The notes under the pieces were generated by a model that ran no database searches, was not told the origin of the DNA, and saw only the letters and a list, made by a program, of their open reading frames with translations. A stretch of DNA of 61,859 nucleotides, counting the filler, from Choristocarpus tenellus KU-1152 (Eukaryota > Protista > Phaeophyceae): NCBI GenBank assembly GCA_964200185.2. It is 8 parts of 8 records of this genome, joined end to end, with 100 filler letters (N's around TTAATTAATTAA, not from the genome) between each part and the next. Parts side by side here need not be neighbours in the genome. Positions count along the whole stretch, not along the records: positions 51,377 to 61,859 come from CAXNAD020002898.1; 7 more parts are not named here. One strand, 5' to 3'. Shown in pieces: positions 51,277 to 61,859 of the stretch (the first letter of the stretch is position 1; each line of letters starts with the position of its first letter). The position numbers were made by a program, and so were the translations under genes.

Positions 51277-51376
51277 NNNNNNNNNNNNNNNNNNNNNNNN
51301 NNNNNNNNNNNNNNNNNNNNTTAATTAATTAANNNNNNNNNNNNNNNNNNNNNNNNNNNNNNNNNNNNNNNNNNNN

Positions 51377-51531
51377 GGGTCTACACTAGGTTGTCCATTT
51401 GGGTCCTGACCAGGAAAGGTGCGCTTACATTATCCATCTGACACATGCAACCAAATCACTCAAAATTTGCGACATGGAAAAATGGGCCCAAATGGACAGC
51501 CACTACCCCCCCTCACCAGATACTTTGAGAC
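51377..51531. mobile_element. MITE-A at contig start
   Basis: Colinear with 46-223; ends CCAGATACTTTGAGAC. Confidence 0.85.
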
Positions 51532-52105
51532 TTTAAGGAGCTTCTCTCCTTCAGTCAAAACCTTCCGATATATATATATATAATATAGATTATAAAGAGA
51601 GACAGGTGTCTAAAGTTGTGCAGTCTAAGGCTCACATCGGTACCTATAGCATGAACTGTAGGCAGAGGCGCATAAAGTCAATAGATGGGGTGGGAGGGGG
51701 GAGAACGTTGGATTTTGTGGGGATTTCTACCCTGGTGGCTATGGGGTGTGTCTATGGTTCTCTTCACAGATAATATCTTTGATTAGTGCATACAAAAGAA
51801 AGTGCACATATTGTAATCCCTTGGAACCCCCCCCAGGCTGCTTCAAATGTGCACTAACGTTGAAATGAGTTAATCAGATTCTCAAACATGCTCAAGACAG
51901 TATTTTTATGCATGCAAACACACGCTCTAATATACTCCTACTTCACATCCGTAACGTACCAAGTTTGTATGGGCCACTTTGTAGCGCACTTGCAAAAAAA
52001 AAAACAATCAACAAGTGGACAATACTTCGCCTTGACTTGTCATTTCCCTCCCTCCCTCACTGTCATGATCCAGTACCCGCACTGGAGAGACTTCTCTGTA
52101 CATAC

Positions 52106-55100
52106 CTCGTCCGAGCTGCAGGGAGTGCAATCACTCACGGAAGATCCACCCACAAAGTTCAGGAATGTGTTCACAGGGCAGGGCGTGCAAGTGTCTACAC
52201 TAGTGGCATTAAGATCAGAAGAGTAGAAGCCGTGCCAGCAAGGAGTGCACAACTGGGAGGATGTGAGGCCTGTGTGTGTGTGAAGTTTCCAGATAGAAGA
52301 AGGGCAGGAGGAAGGGAAAGTATAGTACTGAGTATAGGTATCTGGGGGTATATTGTACAAGATGGATCAGTTGGTGGTGTGCTGGAGGACAAAACACTTT
52401 CTTGATTTTACTAGTTCATAGTATTTAAACTGCACAGAAAAAAGATCTCTGAGTCAAAGTATCCTAGAGGGGGGTGCTGTTGCTGCCAACAAGGCTCTGT
52501 AGACCGTTTTCTGACTTGGATTTTTACGTACCTGTATCCTCCAATACACTGACAAAAATATCCACCCATGGGGTCTTTCTTCTGCATCCAAGGACTCCTG
52601 ATGGTGGCTAACTGAATTTGGGCTACGAAAAAGGGGTGTCGGGCATCACATTCATAATCTCCTTAATACAATAAAATGGCAGAAGTTGACTGTCCTCCAG
52701 GATACTTTGGCTCTTAACATGTGGCCCCTGGTGGGGAGAGGGGATACCTCTGGTGAAACAACGGCAGGGGCAAGGCTGTAGTATTCTTTTTTACTCTGGT
52801 TATTCAGCAGTTCAGCCTGTAAGGAGACTGAAAGGAATGCCTCAAGAAAGGGTTGAAGTGACTAAAGGATCGCCTCGTTATTTGCGTATTATATATATTA
52901 TTGTATGTCATGGACATGTGGGTTGAGAGTCAATGAAGCAACAGGGGAAATGGAGGCGTTTGCATACTCGTCAAAAGGCTGCTGAGACCCAAGAGAGTCC
53001 AGCAATATTACAAGCTTTAGAGCCGGACAGCCACTGTATTGATACGAAATTTTTTGAGAAGGACTACTACTCCAGACAATATGTACAAGAAGAGGAAAAC
53101 AGGTACTCATGCATACATTCCTGCTACTCAGTTCACTTACGCAAAGCAAATAGCATTTTATCAAAGTACATTATGTACCCCCCCGTCCTCCCCACTGTGC
53201 CTTGACATGCACTGAGCTAGGCTATCATTGACATGACCTGATTATAGCGGAATATAAATGGGCAAATCTGAAGTGTACTTTGAAGGACGGAGCACATAGC
53301 AAGAATAACCCGCTCTCACCCCCAACAGCCCCGAATGACCCTGCAGGACATGGCTGGCATGCATCATTCGATACTGCCCCAGTTGCATTCAGGTAGGTGC
53401 CACGAGGACAACTGGTGCAGTAGGAGGAAGATTTGGCTCCAGTGGTCCCTGAGAACGACCCTGCTGGGCAAGGCAAGCACAGTCCCACCACGTTACCATA
53501 GGATGGTTTGTAACTCCCAGGTTCACAAGCCTGTTCAAGGAGACATATGCCCAACATCGAAAGGTTTCAGTTGTAGATTGAAAGGCGATGATGTCGGGAA
53601 TTGGAGTTCAGCACAGTACTTGGAATGCGCCGTGTGCACAGCAAATATTGTGATGGGAGACCCTAGAGCGAGGTCCTGATAATACACCATGCTTCAACAA
53701 GATCGTCTGAGGTGCTCCCTTTCAAACTTTGAACTACTTCGTAGTATTGATAGAACAGTTTGAAGCAGTAACTACTGCTTAGTATAGTGTATTGCACAGC
53801 TCTGATTAGTGTGCATTTCAGCATGTGGATGAATGTATAAAAACAATTTCCAAAATGTGGTCGTGTAGAGGGTCCTAATTGAGATGGAAGAGCATGTTAG
53901 CTTAGAGTATCTATTATGAGAAGTAATACGGTATATATATCTTAGAGTATCTATTTTTTAGCCTGTGATCGACGGTATTTGGCCTTTGTAAATGTGTGTG
54001 TGTATGAACATGTGTACGCAGCAATGAGTGCTATTTTTTTTTAATAGGGTCAATGTGTACAGCATGCGGAGCTCAAAATGATCACAGAGCCAAAGCATCT
54101 TAGGGGGTACAGCCGCGTCCATTTGGGGACCAAAATCCAATGTCGCAGTTTTGGTGTAATTTTGACTATCATGTTTGTTAGGAGATGTCAATATCCTTGT
54201 CTGGACACTCCTTTTCATAACGTATACATTTTACCTACTACGAAACATTTTGAAGTAGATAAAATGTCAATAAAAACCCATGCGAAGTCAAGCCCCATGT
54301 GGACAAACAGGACAAAATTCGTACCCTCTAAGATACTTTCACTCCGCAACATTAATGAAGGCAAGAACCTCAACACACCCTTCAAAATACTACACAAACT
54401 CGAGCTCTTGTATTTAGTTTGGTCCAAGTTCCCACATCCCCGACATGCCTTCTCCATGGAACACATACAGGCCAGACTCACCCCCACCTCCATTTACCCC
54501 GCCTACTCGTTGAGTCGAAACAACTCAGAGTAGTTCTTGAGAGCTGGGTACCGCAACCAAGTACCCCCCCATCGAATCCCCTCACAGCCTTGCTGCCTGG
54601 TGGCAAACTGATTAACCCGGACATGGGATTCTCCCCCTCCCCTTGTGTGACTTACCATACACTCTCCAGCCTGTTGGTAGTATCCTGGAGCACACTCACA
54701 TGCCGTGATGTTCTTTGCGCCTGGTAAGGGATTATGAGAGTTTGTCGGACACTTCTCACAAGAAGGACCGTTGTGCCCAAGCCCTCCCTGTAGGAAGAAG
54801 TTGGGCGGGGGAGGTCGTTGTTGCTGGGGTGAGGGATGGGTTGCTGCCACTGTGTGCTGGTGTTGCCAGAGGGATGAACAGAGTCTGAACTGGGAGCAGA
54901 GGATGGAATACATGCTCACACCTTGCTACCTGGGACACCCTGCCACCCTGCCGCAGTTTTATCAAGCAGCAAACGTTGCAGCTAGGCTGTGCTGGTGCAG
55001 GTACCAAATACTCAACACTATTGTTAGTTATACAACAGTATGAGTGGCACAGCTGTTGCTACTCCTAAAAATTATGCTGAGATAGCATTTTGGTGTTTCA

Positions 55101-58100
55101 GAGAGGAGGAGAATAGCTATACCATGCCTTGTTGCAATTTGGGTCCACTATCCTTGGATTACATGGTTCATTATGGAAACGATTGTCTTGCTCACTGGGT
55201 GTCTCCAGAACATTTTTTCTTGGAGTTGATGCATGGAACGGTGCTTTTGCAGAGGTGGTAGAGATGATGTGTAATTCATTTCAATGCTTTGTGTAAGTAC
55301 TGTCTGGGTTGAGTACCCCAAGAGTACAGTCTTGTGCTTTGGAGATCAAGCCAAGTACCCTGTTAAAGACAGATAATCAGCAAGTTTCGTCACTAACACA
55401 GCTCCACAGGACAGAGACACGCTGATGTACAGTTCTCAAAGAGGTGGACACACGGTTGCAAGAAGACAAGCACAGACAGAAAACTACCTACAGGCAGCCT
55501 TTGCACTATATGCAGTGTGCCCACGCAGTACAATTACTACTGGCATGCCGTCACTATAATATATTTGTACAACTGCTATGATGCCTGATCATTCTTCCAC
55601 ACTTAACCTAAGGAAATATTTATATATATTGTCTCTGTGACGGGTACGAAATATATTCTACAACAGATAATTGACCCAAAGTATCTGGGGGGGGGGTGGG
55701 GAGTCAACACCAGGGTGTCCATTTGGTCCAAAATCAGGAAAAGTGCATAATCATTATCCGTCCGACGTATGCAACCAAATCACCAAAAAATCGCGACATG
55801 AAAAAAGTGACCCCAAATGGACAGCTGCCACCCCCCCCAGATACTTTGAGCCAATTATACACAACAAATAGCTTCAAAAGTTTTACTTCTCAAAGAAAAA
55901 TCAAGCATGTTGTTGCACCAAACACAAGACCTGTACCCAGTATATGATAGTTTTATTCCGCTTCCCAATAACACACTACAAAATGCTACAATGGTAAACC
56001 AAGCTTTCTTTTTGGTAGAATTATGTCATAGTCTTGCACTCACCAGCTCATCATAGAAACCCTCATCGCAGAGACACTGAGTTATTTCCCAACGGCCATT
56101 TTCCAGAGTAGTGGAGTTTGTAGGACAAGGTGTGCAGCCTGTGTCTACAGAGAGCTGGTCAAAGGTTCGATACATGCCCTTAGGACATTTGGTGCACATG
56201 GAACTTGTCCCTTCCAAGCTATTTATTAGGAATGATAGGCATCCCATGTTCAGGCGGTTGGCAGGACGGACATCAATCAATTAGGCAGTTGTTATTTGTT
56301 TTGATGGAGTGGTCATGAACTCATATTCGTGCCTGTAGATACACAGAAGTATGAAAGCATATTTTGCTTGGGTAATAATCTATGTGCTGGCAATGGAAGT
56401 ATCTGTTGTTTGGATAGAAGCATGTCTTGCACTTTTCTTTCTATCAGCTCAGACTTGGTGGGGGGCATTGCAGCACTGCTTTCTATCATTGAGATTGAAA
56501 CCTTGGCAGGGTTTCTGTCCACTGCATGCACCTTCAACCCCAGTAGATAGGATGATCAAACAAAGTGTGGTCAGACATGCTGTGAAGGTCCGCTGAAGCT
56601 CAACCATGCACTTCCTTCACCTCGATGAGTCAACCCTAGTCCTAACCCTAACCCTAACAAATAATGAATCTGAAAAGTCTCCCTAAATTTCACACCTCTC
56701 ACCCATCATTGCATGCACACACAGAGAAGTTGACATATGATACATCAATGCTAAGCGCAATGATGTCCTGCCTCTCTCTTGGCTCCAGAGTGGGACACAC
56801 AGAGTGGTTGCTGATTGAATCATACTCTGTGCTGATCTCCACAAAAGAGGGGAGAACAGGCCCCGATATGTCAGTGTCGGAAACAAACAATGAGATAAGA
56901 GACGAGTAGGCTTCTGGGATATTCCCACCAATCCCAGGGTTCTTAGAGACATCCATCAGGTGTAGACGTGCAATACTGCCTCCATTCACCGTTGTAGGCA
57001 ATGGACCTTTTGCAACAATTAGTGTGTGTGAACGGGGAGAAGGAAAGGACTGTGGAATATACTCTGCAATGTATACATACTTTGGTATATCTACATATCC
57101 TTGATGAGAAACTATAGCCTTAGATACTTGGCATGAAAACAGTTGCTGAGGATCATTGGAGAGATTAGGGGCCGTAACTGGATATTTGTATCCCTAGTCA
57201 CCATGTTGTGATGCATCTCTTTGTCCAAGCACAAGGCAAGGAGTGAGGTGTTCTCGATTAGAGACCAGCCCTTCAAATGGCCGCTTTTTTTCACAAGATA
57301 AAAAACGCGTCACCTGTAAGGGCATTGCCCTGCAAAAATATAGCGTTGAAGGACGCGCCCTCTTCGTTTTTCTGACGTCCGTTACATCCATCAGCCCCCA
57401 AGCCATCACAGTGGTACAACTCGAAAGCACCTAATAGTGTGCCACTAATGATGTTGTGGCTGAGGTCAAGGGTCTGGAGTGATTGCCAACTAACCACGGA
57501 CTGAAGGGCATAATAGGCGTTCATGTTGAGATTGTTGCCACTGAGGAGAAGGCTCCTCAGCTCCGGCAGCCATGCAGACTCAGCAGTTCGATGAACCAGA
57601 GGGTAGGCGGAGCTGTCGTTCACCTCTAGCCAGGAGGCTGGTAGAGTGCTACTCGAACCAAGGGACAGGAATTTGTATATATGTCAAGCTATAATGGCAA
57701 GGTTTAGATTAGATTTTCTCCACAATAGTCACCAGGAATACACTAGAGTACACAGTAAGACAGGAGTCGCAACCCTCACCACCGATTATCATAGTTGTTG
57801 TCCTGAGCTCACCCAGACAAATTATTGTGCTGAAGCACCAGATGTACCAGGTTCGTTGCTCCAGAGCCCCATGTAGGAGGAAATTCTGTGAGTTCGTTCT
57901 TAGAAAGGTCGAGCTCTTCCAGAATTGGCATGAGACCAAGCCATACAGGTACAGGACCAAACAATCTGTTGACGGACAATTCTATAGACTTGAGTGTTGA
58001 CACATTGTAGAGCTCTACCGCCTCCGATAGGTTCCCCACAAGTCCGTTGTTTGGGAGAGAGATATGGGTGGCATTAAAACTGCTATCACAAGTAATGCCA

Positions 58101-58315
58101 TACCAACTGCAAACTCCGAGTGTGAAGTTTCCCCAGCCTGTAGAGGTTATCCACTCTTCTCCTGAGGTAGTGTTGTACAAAGACTGGAGTCCAACACCCT
58201 GCACTTCCACATATGAGGCAACAGCGAACATCTCCAACACTGCAAGGTACATCGAAGAAATTTTCCATAGTGTGCCGAGCAGAGGGCGAAATGCCCTTGC
58301 AAGACCTCCCATCAT
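52106..58315 (-). CDS. LRR + Cys-rich (GCC2/GCC3, ephrin-receptor-like) repeat protein, paralog 1, 3'-partial; exons 58315 or 58252-57813, 57648-57314, 57006-56703, 56218-56044, 54787-54656, 53530-53320, 52269-52106
   Basis: LRR N-cap (LQSLYNTTSGEEW...VCSWYGITC), LxxLxLxxN repeats, CxxCPxG-type repeats; in-frame GT-AG junctions. Confidence 0.88.
52451..52713. mobile_element. MITE family C (same termini, different interior), intronic
   Basis: GAGTCAAAGTATCCTAGAGG / CCTCCAGGATACTTTGGCTC. Confidence 0.75.
54087..54344. mobile_element. MITE-B, intronic
   Basis: TIRs; flanks CACA/CGCA. Confidence 0.9.
55673..55852. mobile_element. MITE-A, intronic
   Basis: TIRs; AATT on both flanks. Confidence 0.92.
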
Positions 58316-58545
58316 GAAGATCAGTATACTCCCTCGGAAAAACCTTCTTTGGACGAATTATTTGGTTGTTGCAATGTTGACGTTTCGCTTGAAACGCTAA
58401 ATAATTTCCGAGTTTCAAATAAGACAACCCCTATCCCGCAGATCAACGGATGAGATTTTGCCAACACGCACAATGCGAATGGCAAAGAAGACATTATCTT
58501 CAGGATGGGGGCGAGACTGACAGATGACTGTTTTATGAGGTTGTG

Positions 58546-61528
58546 ATGCTCCAGCATGCCTTGTGCGTCCTCCTGGGCGCCCTCACATTGGCGATTGCCA
58601 TCCCATACGAGGATGTTCAAAATGTCGGACTCGAAGCCCTGTACAACTCTACGTCCGGAGCGCAATGGGCCATATCCACAGGCTGGCGGGACTTCACGCT
58701 CGGAGTTTGCGGCTGGTATGGAGTCACTTGTGATAACGGGGCGAATGTCACCAGCATCTCCCTCGCCAGCAACCAACTGGCAGGGAATCTCTCTGAGGCG
58801 ATAAAATTCTACAGTGTATCAAGCCTAGTGTCCATCGATCTATCCGGCAACAAGTTGTTTGGTCCGGTACCAATAGGTCTGGGTCTTATGCCGAGTTTGG
58901 AGGTGCTTGACCTCTCAAAAAATGAGTTTACAGAGTTTCCTTCAGATTGGGGGTCCAAGGCGATTGGGCTGGTGCACCTGGCTCTGCAGTACAACAACAT
59001 ATCTGGGTGAGTTGGATGAAGGCGAATAGTTGAGATGTGCTAGGTTCCCTCTGTGCTGAACTGATCCTTTATTGGATACCTCTAGTCCGCTCATGGCCAA
59101 ACATCTGAACTTAATTTCAGTGCATGCTACTTCCTCTCCTTGCACCTGTGCAGTACTCTCCCAGCCACCTGGTTAGAGGTAAATGAAAGCTCCTCCTACC
59201 CTCTGGTTCATCTGACGGCAGAGTCTGGATACTTGCCGGAATTAAAGAGTCTATTGCTCAGAGGCAATAACATCAGTATGAACGTGTATAATGCACTTCA
59301 ATCTGTGGTGGAATTCCAGTCCCTGCAGACCTTGGACTTGACGGGGAATAACATCCATGGTCAGTTGAAGGGGGCTGCTTTTACGTTGAACTATTGCAAG
59401 AATGCCGGAGGTATCGGTAATTGCGAGTCGTACACCTCGCAGGACCGGGGATGGGGATTGAACATCCTACTCTTAGGGTCAAACAAATTGAGTGGGGAGC
59501 TAGAATCAAACTCCCTTCCTCGCTCCCTTGCTGTGCTGGCTGTGTCAGACAACATGCTAGAGGGACCACTTCCAGAAGATTACGCCCAACTTGGGATGTT
59601 ACATGTTGGTGAGATAGATCGATATCCTATATCATGCTTCATATAGATCAGGCAACAGTATGGAATATGCAACATGGTTCCACCCAGGATTTAGATACAA
59701 TATTGCTACTACGAATTTATTGAGGTTTATTCTCCATAGACCTCACTGGACGTAACACAGTCACCCTCACCTACTTTGGTATGCTTCCAATACTTTCAAA
59801 TGAAATGGAGAATGATTTACCACCTACTATACAAGCGATATTGAAAGTGTATGAAGGGGGGAAATGCTTGCTTCATCCATCATGGGGCGATACCACACCA
59901 TATGTGCTACATTTCATGTTCCCCTTATGCTCTTGCTGCTAATATGTTCAATTTTCATTGACATATGACTTGGGATGTGCGCGCCATAAGATGGAAACAA
60001 AAGGCTCAACTCAAGATCTTTACCAAGTTTTGTAGTGTACTCTAACGACAGCAACAAGGCCTTGCAGCATGGGAATCTGTCATGCCCAAGTTTTGAAGGC
60101 AAGGGGGCTTTTGGTGACATGCATCTGCAGCTGGACCCCTCGTACCTAGACTACAGGCACTGTGTGTGCCAAGAGGGTATGCAGGTGAGCTTACTGGTGT
60201 AGATTTGAGTGGATAGTCAAAGCCTTTCATACAATAGCCTTCCCCTTCATTAATTAGTCCTATTCACTCAGTCTACTTGAGTTACCTTCTGTGACTCTAC
60301 TGTGCAATTTCTGTTGCTGACATCAGTCATCCCCATCGCCCTACTGTGGTACTCACCTTCCCCCTCCCTGTCCCCAAGTCAGACTGTTGGGGGGAACAAG
60401 TGCAAGGAATGCCCAAGTTCCACATTTAGAAGCTCCTCATTCACATTCGAGAACAGCTATTGTACAAGCTGTCCCAGCAACTCAGTCACTGCTCCAGAGG
60501 TGCAATTAATCCCCAGTGAGCCACCCAAAACTGCCTGGCTTTGATACTGGTGAAATTTCCTTCATGTGTTTTCCTCACCCTTCATATGTTCTACATAACT
60601 TCAACTTAGAATATCTATTTTGGTCAACTCTGCACTTAGCAGACGTGAGTTGAGAGAAGTCTGCCTTTCAGCCCACAATCACCCTATTTATTACCCTGTC
60701 CTATGTATTATCAGGGTGCAGACTCTGTGACAGCATGCGTTTGCTCAAAGGGATACTACGACACATTCGGAGGCATTGGTCCAGAGGGCCCGTCCTGTGC
60801 TGCTTGCCCCAATGGCTCATCGGGATGGATGTGGGGAGCGATTGATGTATCTTTGTGTATTTGCTCGCCAGGCTTGTACCTGAGTGAGACACAAGAGGAG
60901 TGTGTTGAGTGCCCCGCTGGGACATACAAGGTACAGTTGTGGGTCAAAGTATCTGGGGGGGGTGGGGTGCCGGTGTCCGTTTTTGACCCTGTTCCACGTA
61001 ATATGATACATGAGGGCATGGGGGAAGGTCATGTGCCGGAAGTCAGGAGCAGTGCCAAGCATGTGCTACGCACTGTAGTTGTGTGAGGGGGAGGGGGTGA
61101 AGGAATAGGGTGAGGTAAATTACTTCCTTGCACCGAAAAGGGGTTCAAGGGATACTAAGTTGATTGCTGCTGCAGGGATAGACGTTTTCACCCTGATTGC
61201 TCTGATATCCTCAAATCAGGGGCTCAGCACAGGAAGGGTGGGGTGCCACAAAATGACCCTTCCCTGTCATGCAATGACAACCAATACACAATTAGTACCT
61301 CATTACTATCTCCACTCCATTGAGACTCACAAGCTTTCTCCCTTTCCACTAGAATGCTCAATAGTGAGAGGTGCAGAACCTACCACCCAACCAAATGGTG
61401 GCTCTAAACTTGCTGCTATCAATATTTGGTACCAGGAATTCCCAGGGAACTATGAAGCAGCCTGTGAGGCATGCCCCCCAGGAATGTACTCAACTAGCAC
61501 TGGAGCTACCAATTATGGTTCCTGTCAG
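58546..61528 (+). CDS. LRR + Cys-rich (GCC2/GCC3, ephrin-receptor-like) repeat protein, paralog 2, 3'-partial; exons 58546-59006, 59154-59608, 59991-60184, 60383-60499, 60715-60930, 61436-61528
   Basis: Signal-peptide-like MLQHALCVLLGALTLAIA, LRR N-cap, LRRs, CxxCPxG repeats; all junctions in frame; runs past the window end. Confidence 0.9.
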
Positions 61529-61816
61529 GTAAGTCCAACACCCTAACCTCCCACTGTGCCAGACCTTCAGAGAGCGCTTCATGATGGCTTCCTTCATTGT
61601 TGTCTCTGCTCATCTCTATAACTGCAAAGAGCTATAGGGCACAGTTGGGGAGACAGGGGGGGCTGACTGACTTAAGTTTGTAAAGGGAAGTAGGGGAGGG
61701 TTAAGTAGGGCCATGAAAGGAAGCCGAAGGAAGTAGGGCTAAGAAGAGAGAGAGACAGGCATGACCAATTCTCAACATATGCTCCCCACGAAGTGAGTAG
61801 AGTATGTCCTACCTAT

Positions 61817-61859
61817 GGGTCAAGGTATCTGGGGGGGGGGGTCAACACAAGGGTATCCA
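61817..61859. mobile_element. MITE-A left end at window edge
   Basis: GGGTCAAGGTATCTGGGGGGGGGGGTCAACACAAGGGTATCCA. Confidence 0.7.

Noticed and set aside
54078-54533. Recurrent similar ORFs (also 6-353, 1082-1375, 20660-21112, 55671-55947)
   Set aside because: Chance translations of non-coding MITE copies.
56632-56657. Telomere-like CCCTAA repeats (also ~35411 and ~42655)
   Set aside because: Only 2-4 units, inside introns or a MITE; too short to call.

Overview
Eukaryotic, intron-rich and transposon-dense DNA, most likely from a brown alga or a close stramenopile relative (inferred from the EsV-1-7 repeat gene and gene style). The window is eight contigs joined by identical 100-nt spacers (44N-TTAATTAATTAA-44N), so adjacency across gaps may not be biological. 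Host genes: (1) an intronless 932-aa protein with 21 tandem 38-aa EsV-1-7 C-x4-C-x16-C-x2-H repeats, followed by about 3 decayed repeats; (2) five internal exons of V-ATPase V0 subunit a; (3) the first three exons of an ITPase; (4) two paralogous LRR + Cys-rich-repeat genes set head-to-head about 230-290 bp apart. The rest is nested mobile DNA: over 20 copies or ends of related MITEs ending in G-N4-AAAGTATCT (both 3- and 4-bp target duplications), CRE-like non-LTR elements, a decayed Ty3/Gypsy, LTRs, a tyrosine-recombinase (DIRS/Ngaro-like) retroelement carrying a MITE-in-MITE and a Copia derivative with a 275-bp inverted duplication, a probable KDZ transposase relic, and a degenerate tRNA-Phe-like sequence. 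The best candidates for undescribed biology are the EsV-1-7 array, whose variation is concentrated at fixed positions as in a recognition code, and the divergent LRR receptor-like pair. All calls come from reading the sequence by eye; no searches were run.
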